This document shows positions 26,101-41,508 of a stretch of DNA of 64,000 nucleotides, piece by piece. This DNA is from Macrostomum lignano (Eukaryota), in contig NIVC01002206.1 in the NCBI GenBank assembly GCA_002269645.1, positions 1 to 64,000 on the forward strand, read 5' to 3'. The notes under the pieces were generated by a model, which was not told the DNA's origin, did not search any database, and saw only the letters and a program-made list of their open reading frames with translations. The position numbers and the translations under genes were made by a program. Position 1 is the stretch's first letter; each line of letters starts with the position of its first letter.

Positions 26101-29100
26101 CACATACGTGGAAATTTTTGGAAAATCCATGGAAAATCCATGGGATTTCCTTGTCTCAAATCAAACGAAAGTCTTTAAATATTTAATTGATATATTTAAT
26201 TTTCATTTTTCCGAATTATCGATTGGCATAATTGACATGCCAGCTTCGATCCCATTTTTCTGCTTTCAATTGCTTGCTTTGTTTGTCGTCGAGATATAGA
26301 ATTGTTCGTTTGAGTCCCGACTCTCATCTGTCCTCTGTGCTGGCTGGAAGATTCGACAGGCAATTTGAGCACCATTTTTATCTCAGGAGTTTTATTGCTG
26401 GCTATGCTGATCCCACAGAGTCAGCTTCCCTTCCATTTCCATCCGCCCCCTTATCTCCATCCGCCCCCTTATCTCCATCCGCCCCCTTATCTCCATCCGC
26501 CCCCTTATCTCCACCCGCCCCCTTATCTCCATCCGCCCCCTTATCTCCATCCGCCCCCTTATCTCCATCCGCTCCCGCCAGAACGACCTCGTGTCACAGG
26601 ACGTGATCAAGCTAGAGCTGGAGGGCGGTCCAGTCGAAGGCCCGGACGGCATCAAGCTGGAGAACCTGGCCTCCGGCACCACCTTCGACTTTCACCGAGA
26701 GGCCAGCCACCTATTCCTGGTCGGCACCGAGGAGGGCAAGGTGTTCAAGTGCAGCACCGCTTATTCATCTCAGTATCTGCAGACCTACGACGCCCATCAC
26801 ATGGCCGTGTACAAGGTGACTTGGAATCCGTTCCATCCCAGCATCTTCATGACCTGCTCGGCCGATTGGACTGTTAAAATCTGGGATCACAATAAGACGT
26901 GAGTTGCTTCATTTCTGACTTTTGATTTATTGAATATTACATTGATTTTTATTACTGTTACCAGTTTCTTAACTCAAAAGAAGCTCTCTCTCAAACCCCC
27001 CCCCATCACACAGAGAGCCCGTGTTCGTGTTCGACCTGAACTCGCCAGTGGGCGACGCCGCCTGGTCGCCCTACTCCAGCACAGTCTTCGCCGCTGTCAC
27101 CGCCGACGGCAAGGTGCACGTCTTCGACTTGAACATCAACAAATACGAGGCCCTCTGCGAACAGGTGGTCGCCCAGAAGAAGAAGGCCAAGCTGACCCAC
27201 ATCGACTTCAATCCTAAGCACCCCATCCTGATTGTCGGCGACGATCGTGGACACATCTCATCGTTGAAATTGTCGCCGAATCTGCGCAAATTGCCCAAGG
27301 TAAGTCTTGTTGCTGACTGTGTTTCTAAGACCCAAATTGAAGTAATATTTTATTTGCCGCTTGCGTAGAACAATGCAAGATTCACTGAATTACGTGCTAT
27401 CTACCAATCAGAGGAAAAACGATACAAATGAACGTGCTATCAGCTTGACCCTGGGATATCCTTCAGGTTCCGTAGGCTTGACCCTGGGGAAACTTACCGG
27501 ATCCGTTAGCTTGAGTCTGAGATATCCTGACTTGGCTTGACCATGAGATATCCGGCCTACCGGATCCGTTAGCATCCTACCAGATCCTACCGTCCTGCCG
27601 TTAGCTTGAGCCTGGATAACCTACTGGTAACCTAACTTACCAATGCAAAACTGTACACTCTAGGAGGCCGGATTCTTCGAAAAGGTAAACCTATATATAA
27701 TTAAAATGTAGTGACATATAAGTACGACGTACGATCGTAGAACCCCTAATTCTAGTTTGGTTAAAAGTTGTCTTTACTACTGAGTTACAATGAGCCTCTA
27801 TTTCTATTACTTTCTATCTCTCTTCCCCAGAACCACTTGACATTTTACCTTTTTTACATTTCATACCAAATGAGTAACTTTTATTTGCAAAGCTATTAAA
27901 GTTTTTAAACCTCTGCACATAAAAAATTCTGTATATTTTTTCTAAAAAATTGGGCGAAACATCGCAAAAATCTTGCGAATCACGCCCTCCAGCTCCCAGG
28001 ACCTTCACCTAGCAGTCTGGAACGCGAGGTAACAAATGTTGGCGCTGTCGCAGACGACGATTTGCCTCCGAATCGGAGGAAATCGAACTTTCCAGCAAAT
28101 AATCTTGGTCCTCGCCTTCTGTCAGATTTGGTAAACGAAGGATACTCAAAATATTGTTGAATAGCCGTTTTCCTCTCCGCTATTTTGCATGCAAATCTGC
28201 GGAAGTCAATGTGGAATGAGCCCTGCCTCAAGTCATTGTGACTCATTGGGACCTCCATCTCAACCCCTTCCCGCCTCAGTTCATTGTAAGGTCTACGGAG
28301 CCTCCATCTCTACCCCTCCCGCCTCAGTTCATTGTAGGGGTCTACGGAGCCTCCATCTCTACCCCTCCCGCCTCAGTTCATTGTAGGGGTCTACGGAGCC
28401 TCCATCTCTACCCCTCCCGCTTCAGTTCATTGTAGGGGTCTACGGAGCCTCCATCTCTACCCCTCCCGCCTCAGTTCATTGTAGGGGTCTACGGAGCCTC
28501 CATCTCTACCCCTCCCGCCTCAGTTCATTGTAGGGGTCTACGGAGCCTCCATCTCTACCCCTCCCGCTTCAGTTCATTGTAGGGGTCTACGGAGCCTCCA
28601 TCTCTACCCCTCCCGCCTCAGTTCATTGTAGGGGTCTACGGAGCCTCCATCTCTACCCCTCCCGCCTCAGTTCTTTGTAGGGGTCTACGGAGCCTCCATC
28701 TCTACCCCTCCCGCCTCAGTTCATTGGGGTCTATGGAGCGTCCACCGCCGTACGTCTCTTGCAATGGTCGCTATGTAAGCTCCGCGGTCGTCATGCCAGC
28801 TACTCTTACTAGCCGTCACATATCCTGCCGCATGTTGCAACAATACAATTTCTGGTATTAATCGGCATCAATACATCCTGCTCACCTTAATATTGGCTGC
28901 CAAAAAATCACTTTAAGCCTGACAGCATGCTGCTCGCCTTTGGCGAAATTAAAAACCGCCCAGTTCGACTTGGTAACAGTTAATTTATAAGAATTTTACT
29001 CAGTGTTGCAGTCCAGTCACATTAAATAATTCAAATAGACTCATTTCAGCATCACGTATTTATATTTTTGAGTTGAAGCCTCAATAAAAGTTATAAAAAT

Positions 29101-29959
29101 ACTCCCTATCAATAGCTAATATTAGTAGCTTACTCTCGTAGCATATTCGAATTTACGTCGTCGCGCCGATTATATTACGAGCTATATTTTTGTTGTAATT
29201 CATTCAATACTTTTTTGCCTCATTGTTATTCACGTATAGATTGTCTTTGTTATACCGTACAGTGTTCAGTTATTCGTAATTTTTGACGGGTAAACAAAAA
29301 CCTTCGGTATATTTTTGTTTGACCTTGTCCAATTAATATGAGATTGTTTAAAAGCTGTTAACTTAAGAGATATAAGATTAGAACATTGAGTAAATATTAT
29401 TAGTTAGAAAACGGTTCTGTACCTTTTGGCAGCCTATGTGATCTTATTTAAGGGTATAGACACATTACACATGAAAATGACACCTTTAAGACACCTGTTA
29501 GACATCGAAGAGACAACTTTTAGACATGGAAAAGACACCCGTTAGACATCGAAAAGACACCTGTTAGACATGGAAAAGACACCTGTTAGACATCGAAAAG
29601 ACACCCGTTAGACATGGAAAAGACACCTGTTAGACATGGAAAAGACACCTGTTAGACATCGAAAAGACACCCGTTAGACATCGAAAAGACACCTGTTAGA
29701 CATCGAAAAGACACCTGTTAGACAAGGAAGGCTCTTGTTATAATCAGGTAAAACACCAGTTAGTCAGAGTAAGACACTTGTTTGTTATAATCGAGGCAAA
29801 CCTGTACACCGATTCAAAACGGAATTCTGAGACGGTGTTATTAAATATTTTTGCATCAACACTTCACCTCGCCATTCGCAGGAGAAAAAGGGCGCCGCCC
29901 AGCCAGGGCCGCAGGCGCAGGTGGAGAAGCTGGACAAAATTCTCACCATGGTTGGATGA
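18321..29959 (+). CDS. DNAI1: Axonemal outer-arm dynein intermediate chain 1 (WD40), ~675 aa, 12 exons
   Basis: Exons 18321-18362, 18856-19207, 19761-19819, 19959-19976 (micro-exon), 20202-20300, 20534-20635, 23244-23333, 24317-24563, 24896-25233, 26582-26898, 27014-27299, 29882-29959; frame-consistent (2028 nt). Motifs [81 protein letters not shown]. Confidence 0.95.
19330..19625. repeat. Minisatellite, 53-bp unit (DNAI1 intron 2)
   Basis: Tandem AAATAGATACAGTTGGGTGAGAGAGTAGGGCCATAGACTAAAACTGCAGGAAT. Confidence 0.92.
21014..21307. mobile_element. MITE with 18-bp TIRs (PIF/Harbinger-like)
   Basis: GGGCCGTATGCAGAAAGC ... GCTTTCTGCATACGGCCC exact TIR; AAA on both flanks (possible 3-bp TSD); internal palindromes. 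Confidence 0.8.
22432..23211. repeat. (CAGT)n microsatellite
   Basis: Direct reading. Confidence 0.98.
23460..23715. repeat. Minisatellite, 20-bp unit (CTAACAGGTTYAGCTCCTGT)
   Basis: Direct reading; core TGTCTAACAGGT. Confidence 0.93.
24660..24840 (-). mobile_element. SINE-like element, copy 3 (DNAI1 intron 8)
   Basis: Minus head GGCAGAGCAGCTCAGCG...GGTTCGATTC (A/B boxes); body matches copy 1. Confidence 0.7.
25288..25520. repeat. Minisatellite, 23-bp unit (GCCACACTGGGTTGTCTGTAAAT)
   Basis: Direct reading. Confidence 0.93.
26440..26575. repeat. Minisatellite, 18-bp unit (CCGCCCCCTTATCTCCAT), directly before the DNAI1 exon 10 acceptor
   Basis: Direct reading. Confidence 0.92.
28262..28730. 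repeat. Minisatellite, 49-bp unit
   Basis: Tandem CCCGCCTCAGTTCATTGTAGGGGTCTACGGAGCCTCCATCTCTACCCCT. Confidence 0.95.
29480..29725. repeat. Minisatellite, ~22-bp unit (AAAGACACCTGTTAGACATSGA)
   Basis: Core ACCTGTTAGACA is the reverse complement of the 23460 array core. Confidence 0.92.
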
Positions 29960-30714
29960 AGAAGGGCGGCGGGGACAACAGTGGCCGGCCGGTCGCTGAT
30001 CAGGGCTCGATTGCGCAACAGGCCGCATCGTAGGGAGAATTTTCACCGAGTTAAATAAATCCCCTACAGTATATACAAATTAACCAATTTTTTAAATTAA
30101 ACTGGGGTTGAAAAAATACCTTTTATACCTTTATAAAAAAAATTGTATACAAGCTATTAAAGAAAAAGTATGGTTTAAAACGTTTAAAATTTCTGTAACG
30201 ATATATTTCATACATGTAATTGTTCACAATAACAACTTCCTTTTCGAAACTATTTTTTTTAAAGTTCAAGCAGCATATACAATGTGGATAAATTTCGAAC
30301 TAAGCAAACTTGTAATTGTTTAAAATATTGTTTTGTTTCACGATTTCTAACTCTGCAAAGGTTTTTTGTTATCATACTACTAATTTACTATAATGAATTA
30401 ATAATTTTTGCGATTCACTAAGTCTATAAACTATTTGAGTTCAAATACAAAAGTACATGTCCGCACGCGAGCCCTGTCCAGTTTACATGGACTTTAGCGA
30501 ATATTTTACAACGGGAACAGTTTAAAAGCTTGAATTGCACACTCAAAATTATTTTAAAAGCCATTTGAATTTCAATTCAAATTCCATTGAAAACCTAAAC
30601 ACTCAATACAGGATGGGACCATTAAACTATTAATTTAACATATTGCGTGTATACTTATCGGCAAAAGCAGAAAACCGGAAAAAGACTCCTATTGAAAAGG
30701 AAAGCACCCATCGG

Positions 30715-31065
30715 ACATGGAAAAAAACTTAGACATGGAAAATACGCCTGTTAGACATGAAAAAGACGCCTGTTAGACATGAAAAAGACCCTGTTAGACA
30801 TGAAAAAGACGCCTGTTAGACATGAAAAAGACGCCTGTTAGACATGAAAAAGACGCCTGTTAGACATGAAAAAGACCCTGTTAGACATGAAAAAGACGCC
30901 TGTTAGACATGGAAAAGACCCTGTTAGACATGGAAAAGACCCTGTTAGACATGGAAAAAACCCCTGTTAGACATGGAAAAGACCCCTGTAGACATGGATC
31001 GAAAAGACGCCTGTTAGACATGGAAAAGACCCCTGTTATACATGGAAAAGACGCCTGTTAGACAA
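30715..31065. repeat. Minisatellite, 21-22 bp unit, same family as the 29480 array
   Basis: Tandem AAAGACGCCTGTTAGACATGAA. Confidence 0.92.
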
Positions 31066-32161
31066 AGACATAAATCAGAAGCAGAAGCAGGAACCTGGGA
31101 AGATGAAGCGTCAGTCAACATTTACATGTAATTAGGCATCAGTACGTAAGCTTGCGCGCGTGTATTTTTTGGCAATGGAGAATTGTTAAGATAACGATCG
31201 AGGCTAATGGGGAATTGTTAAAATTCTGTGGCTCAGGGGAATGGTTGAAATGTCTTAAGGCTTATGAGGGGAACTGCTTAGAGAAATGAAGTGATTCGAT
31301 CAGCAGGGTTAATTAGCTAGGGTTAGTTAGGATTCAACCATACAAAAGAATCGCCCCTGGCAATCATAAAAATTCATTGGACGATAAAAAATTGCAAGGA
31401 ATATCCAGTTTCTCTGTTAGTTCGCAAGCATTATTTTGCTAAAGGAATGAATTAGTGTCTACATAAATTTCGCGCATGTTAATTTTCAGCGACAGAAATT
31501 GCGAGCGGAAGTTAAAAGTACTCGAACTCGAATAACAATCTAATAAACTAAGGAGATTGGAAAGCATCAGTTTTTTGCAAATTATAAAAAATACTTTAAT
31601 CGTAAGCTCCATTTTTACAATGCAGTTTATCTCGTTCTCGTGGGTGATGCTTTTCCTGTAAAAACTATAAGGTGTTGTGCTTTAGAATCAAAAGTTTTTA
31701 TTATTTACGAATACGAATGTGAACATCGCTCGAGAAAATCCCTGCAGTCAGTAGTACTTTACGCTACTTTTGACTAATGTGCAACTATTTTAAAACTGTA
31801 ATGCCCGTTGCCGTTGACGAATTTGCCAGTTGAGGAAATGTAACTTGCTCCGTGTTATAAAGCTTAGCTGTTTTTTTTTAAACTCTTTTATACTTAAGGA
31901 CATGCAAAGATATAATATTATAAAAACTGCAAAAGTATCTTTTAGATTGCTTAATGTTACCAAAAGTTAAAGATATTGTATTTTTGTTTATCTACATAAT
32001 CAGATGACTTTTTAACCTTATAATTATCTTGGAAATATTATACCTGAGTAATTAACTCGACCACTAACAACTTTCGTTTGTCAATCATATTGGCATTTGC
32101 AATTTAGTTGCTATCCTTTGTCTAATCGAAGAAAGTCTATCGCTCTAAAATCTTCTCCAAA

Positions 32162-36024
<3,863 letters not shown>

Positions 36025-36929
36025 AATTGTCCGGCTCAGAAAACTGGATTGTCCGGTTCAGCTCTCGGACATTCCCAGAGTTGAGCCAGACGCGCTGTTG
36101 GTGTGGGTTCGTCGCTTGCGGGATGTTTTTTAATAGCCACCGGTATAACAGTGCAACTTTCTTTCTCAATAGTTTTAATTATTACTATTATCATCATATT
36201 TTTAATCTATTTGTAAAATTTTGATTTCCTTCTACCCAAGCGATTTCTTCAATATATTATCTTATTATTCCGTATGGATGCGACCTGCCTCTTTTCTTGT
36301 ATTTGTTTTTTATTGTAATAATTTACTCGCAAGCTAAATGATCTTATTAGGTTTTGTTATAATATAAACTATTAATGTCAGCCATTCCAAAATTAGTGCG
36401 ACACGTTGCACTGTAATATAAATAGAGTTATATTATTAATAAAGAAATGCTAAGCTAGTCCCTGTGAATGAGACGTGCCTGCCTTGATTTAAGAATAATT
36501 GACTATTGCCAAGTTTGAAATTATTTAATTAATTGCCTTGTTGCTATCCAGGTCGGCTGCACATTCAACTTGTCTCTGATTCTATAATTTGTTATTTAAC
36601 GGTGAGGACTGAGACTTCTCTCTGTATCTAAATATAGCCTTTGGTGTTGTTCTTTTGTATCACAGTTCAATAAATGAATGTACTGGTTGTTGTCTAATTG
36701 AGATACTGTGTGCTCAAAACCTCCAACTGTACATGTTTGCGACTGCTATGCACATACTCGTAGTAATTAAATCTGTTTCTATACCAATATACAACTATCA
36801 TTATGGCCATTCTGCGGATTGGAGTTTTATTTGTTATTTCGACTAATAAACTGTAACCCATTTGTTTGCTTATAAAATCATTGCTTATAAAAAACAAAGG
36901 TAATATTTCAATTGGATCATACTGTCTGA

Positions 36930-37600
36930 TCCTACAGTGACCCTATCCGCTATTCTCTGAACCTTCAGTGACTATCCGCTACTCTCTGACCTTCAGTGAT
37001 CCTATCCGCTACTCTCTGACCTTCAGTGACCCTATCAGCTACTCTCTGACCTTCAGTGACCCTATCCGCTATTCTCTGGCCCTTCAGTGACCCTATCAGC
37101 TACTCTTTGACCTTCAGTGACCCTATCCGCTACCCTCTGACCCTTCAGTGACCCTATCAGCTACTCTCTGAACCTTCAGTGACCCTATCAGCTATTCTCT
37201 GACCTTCAGTGACCCTATCCGCTATTCTCTGGCCCTTCAGTGACCCTATCAGCTACTCTCTGACCTTCAGTGACCCTATCCGCTATTCTCTGGCCCTTCA
37301 GTGACCCTATCAGCTACTCTCTGACCTTCAGTGACCCTATCAACTACCCTCTGACCCTTCAGTGACCCTATCAGCTATTCTCTGACCTTCAGTGACCCTA
37401 TCCGCTATTCTCTGGCCCTTCAGTGACCATATCCGCTATTCTCTGAACCTTCAGTGACCCTATCAGCTACTCTAATCCTTCAGTGACCCTATCAGCTACT
37501 CTAATCCTTCAGTGACCATATCCGCTATTCTCTGACCCTATCCGCTACTCTCTGACCTTCAGCGACCCTATCCGCAACCCTCTGGCCCTTCAGTGACTCT
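36930..37600. repeat. Minisatellite, ~30-32 bp unit
   Basis: Tandem CCTTCAGTGACCCTATCMGCTAYTCTCTGA. Confidence 0.93.
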
Positions 37601-38117
37601 ATATGGCCTTTTAATTTATAATTCGTAAGCTGATAAATGTACTTTTAAGATTTGTACTTCGTATTAACAGAACGCAACTCAAATTCACTTCAGATCGGAA
37701 ATGTTTTGATTGGTGCAACTTTTCCAATAAAAAATCGGGAATGGGTGGTTAATAAAAGGTATAACTGTATTTGTTAGAGAAAACTGTCTGAACAATAAAA
37801 TTACAACCAAGTTAAATTCATAGGAATATACATGCATGCAATATAATGAAGAAATACAGCTGATTATACAATTCCACCGTGTTTCTGTTATTAAAAAATC
37901 AACAAAATTCAGAAGCGGTATGTAAAAAAGTCATTCAGAGAATGAAAATGGAATGCAGGTCTGAATGTGGCCAAGTATCAAACTTACGACTCAGAAGTAA
38001 AGCTAGCTGAAGTAAAAATGAGAATATTAGCAAAAAAGATTGATTGGTTCAATCTTAATTGTTTGTCCAGCTCAATAACAGATCGCTTGGTACCAAATAT
38101 TAATAAAAGCCGCTGCC

Positions 38118-39515
38118 TTATGCAGTATTCAGCTGTACAGAACGCTGCTGTTGAATGCTCTGTCGAGGCTTGGGCTGCGGTGGCTGCTGCCTCCGCTCCG
38201 GTGGTGGCATCTGCGGCTGCCGTGTGTGTGTGGTGGATTAACAAATAATTAAAGATCACTTTCAGGGTTCAAATGTGCAGATTTAAAAATAAGCACAGTA
38301 GCTCACCTGGCTCGGAGTCGCCAATGCGGAACCTCTCGGCTGCTTCCGGCCGTCGCCTCTATTCAACAAGTCCTTGGTCTCTGGCGCCGGGATCTGTGCT
38401 TCTTGATCTCCGGCGGCAGAGCAGAGCCGCCCGACTGTCCTGTACAAAACGGCGCCTGCTAGCGCGGCGAATGCGGCGTAGCCAACCAGCTGGAAGGCGC
38501 ACTTTGCCATCACTAGTTTGCCGGAGGCGGCGCAGCTACCCGGCTGGCTGAGCCGCAGTTTGGCGCGGTGCAACTCAAAGCCGGCAACCGCCAGGCCGGC
38601 TGCCAGCACGGCTAGCAGGGCCGAGCCGCCGGCCGTCAGTCCGGCCGACCAGGACTGGCTGGAGCGGCCGAGGCTGGCCGACAACAGCCAGGAGAATCCG
38701 GTGGCTGACAGGCCGACCCAAATGCCGCTGCCGTACACAGCGTAGTTGCGGCGGAATCTACGGTGCGTGCAGTAGGGATTCAAAGCTTGGGGATTTTGCT
38801 CTTCGCTTTTCTCTTTTCGCCTCATCTCCTCATTTTTATCCCTAATCTCCACTGCTCTCCCTTCCCAACTCTCCCCTGTTCTCCCTTCTCTACTCTCCAC
38901 TGTTCTCCCTACTCTACTCTCCACTGTTCTCCCTACTCTACTCTCCACTGTTCTCCCCTTTTTATTACTACTGTTCTTCCTTCTTTACTGCTCTCCTGTC
39001 TTCTCTTTTCTCTTTTCTCTCCTCTCCTTTCTCTTCTAACCTTTCCCTCTTGTCTAATATTTTCTCTTCGCTGGCTTTTGTGGCACTGCCACAAATTAAG
39101 GTGATAGTCGACCCATGTCAAATGGCATGGAAGACATAAATATAATGCACATTCCGCCAACTCAAGGCCCTGACTTTCTCATAGTTGGTTAAATGGTTGG
39201 AAGCTGGTATGAGTTACTCAAAGGCATAAATTTCCCAATTAACCCAAAATTAATGCGACTAACCTATGCAACTGCTACAAGCAATGGAGCAAATAATGAC
39301 GCAGTGCCCTCAAAAAATACTAACCCAATGGTGATGACTTCAAATAGTAGTATCAAGCCTGACCAGATCATCAGAATAGGTGGTATTGCCATGAAAAACT
39401 GCTCTCTATTACTAACTTTCTGTTTAGTGACAATGACAGGTTGTTGGGACTCCATGTGGACATTGCCATGGCCAATTCTAGCCAATTCAACTGAGCCAGC
39501 TGTGTAGGACTGCAT
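38118..39515 (-). CDS. Four-transmembrane protein, MS4A/CD20-like topology, ~246 aa, 3 coding exons
   Basis: Exons 39515-39325 (GG|GTTAGT), 38757-38307 (TAG|A ... CAG|GTGAGC), 38216-38118; frame-consistent. Four hydrophobic segments and a VYGSGIWVG motif at TM2 resembling the CD20-like GxxWxG. An upstream exon is possible. Confidence 0.6.
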
Positions 39516-41508
39516 GTGTCTCTAGAATAGAAATAAATTAAGATTTATTACATATTATTAACATTTAGGGAACTTTGTAAAAATTTGATTAGCAGATACT
39601 TTGAATTATATTCTATGTATTTCTTAATTTAGAAAATTTTATCATGCTGGTTAAATTTTATTGAGTTTTTGGTCTTCAGTTTAGATCATAAGCACATACT
39701 GTATTTTTATACTATTTTAGTTATATTTGATTATCTGAATAAAAAACAACCAGATATCTAAATTTATAAAAAATTTAATGTGGCAGCAGTTAATTCTCAA
39801 GCCGAAATCCAAATTAGAACTATAAAAATTGAACTATAAAAAATTAATAGAGACTGATACTTTGTAGGTTTAAACTATTGAAAAATATAAAAAGAATTAA
39901 TTAGTATACAAAATTCTAAGTCATAATTGTTTATGAATCTATTGTTCTTATATTAAGCTATAAATTTCAGCTATTGTCTTTATTGATATTGATTAAAATT
40001 GATTAAAAATTAAATTAAATTAAATTAAAAAATTAAAAAATTAAAAATTGAAAATAATTAATAAAAATTTATACTGATTAATACAAATACCTAATTATAA
40101 AACAAGACAAAACAAAAAAACATTTTTGAATCTATTTATCAAAAATCATATTGAATTCTAAATCTTTGGTTTGCTTATTGCTGGAGGACTCTTGTCTTGA
40201 ACTCAAAAAACAAATGTAATTAATTGACATAGCTAGTGCTTGAATTTATTTCAAGACTAGAATGAGAAATTTACATGATTACAGGCTTTTAATCTCTTTG
40301 TGGTACAACTATATAGTATATAGTGTTATGTAAATGTCCTAATCTAATCAATCAAGACGATTTAAGAGAATGCATTACGATTTACTTTCATTAGCCACTA
40401 TTTGTGAATTTTTATCCAATTCGTAAACAGCAAGTAATATATACATATACAGAAATTGCGTCTCAATTTAGTCGAATTTCCATTTCCTCTCATTCAGTGT
40501 TTCAGGCCAAGAACCGTCTCATTTTCCAACAACTGGAAACGTACGTTCAGAATAGCAACGATCGTTTCTCTGAATGTTACGTTTTTGAAAATCTAGAATT
40601 GTAATTTTTAACAAAGGCACGAACAAAGTATAATTTTCTTTTTATGGTGCTTTTAATACTGTAAAATAAAAGTTTAAAGTAAATTCAGGGCAACGCAAAA
40701 AATATTTTTTCCATATGACTTTATTACTTTTAAAAATGTGAAGCAACAGATATAGTGCAAACAAACTGACTTTCATTGACTTTCAGTTAATGTTCACGGA
40801 AAAATTATAATTTAAATGCATGTATGACGCATACGTATCTTTATGCCTTTTCATATTGCTTATTCTGGTTCTAGAACCAGATCCAATTTGTAAAAGTATA
40901 ACTGTTTGTCTCCTAAACTAGAGAAATATTAGTGCTTTAAAATTTGTTTTTTGAATGGCAATAGCCAAGAAGAAAGTGAAAAATTGTGTAAAATGAGGCT
41001 GTTAAGGCAGCCAAACATTCAACAAAGTTTAATAGTTATACTGCTTTTTTCTTGGAAATCCGAACTGATTATGGTTCAGGAATTGGTAATGTGAAAAGCC
41101 TTTCCAATGGAATAATAAAGATGAAGTCGTTTCAGAAAGCTCTGCTTTTCTTGGATTCGTCATTGATAGCATAGCATGAGTTTGATAGCATATTTTGTTT
41201 GCATCCGATTGAGTTAACTAAAAGTATTATAAGAACCTTAAACGATAAAAAGGTAGTTTAAACTTTTCTTACCTTAAACTTGCAATTCGAAAAGATTTAG
41301 TTGAAAAAATCGTTTTAATAATTTAAAAATAATACTAAAGATAAAATACTTTTTGATTTTCTTACTACTTTGTTAAACACTGATATCAAGTTTTAGAGTC
41401 ATCTCAAAATTCAAACATTTTACTTTTTTCGCGAGATCTACGGGATAGATCTAGATTAGAAATTATTTGCATCTTTGGTTGATTCTTAAGTCGACCAAAC
41501 AGCTTGAA

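Noticed and set aside
39264-39325. Apparent TAG stop just before a GTTAGT donor, suggesting readthrough or recoding
   Set aside because: An earlier GG|GTTAGT donor at 39325 joins the next exon in the correct phase, so no recoding is needed; TAG terminates SLC25A21 normally.
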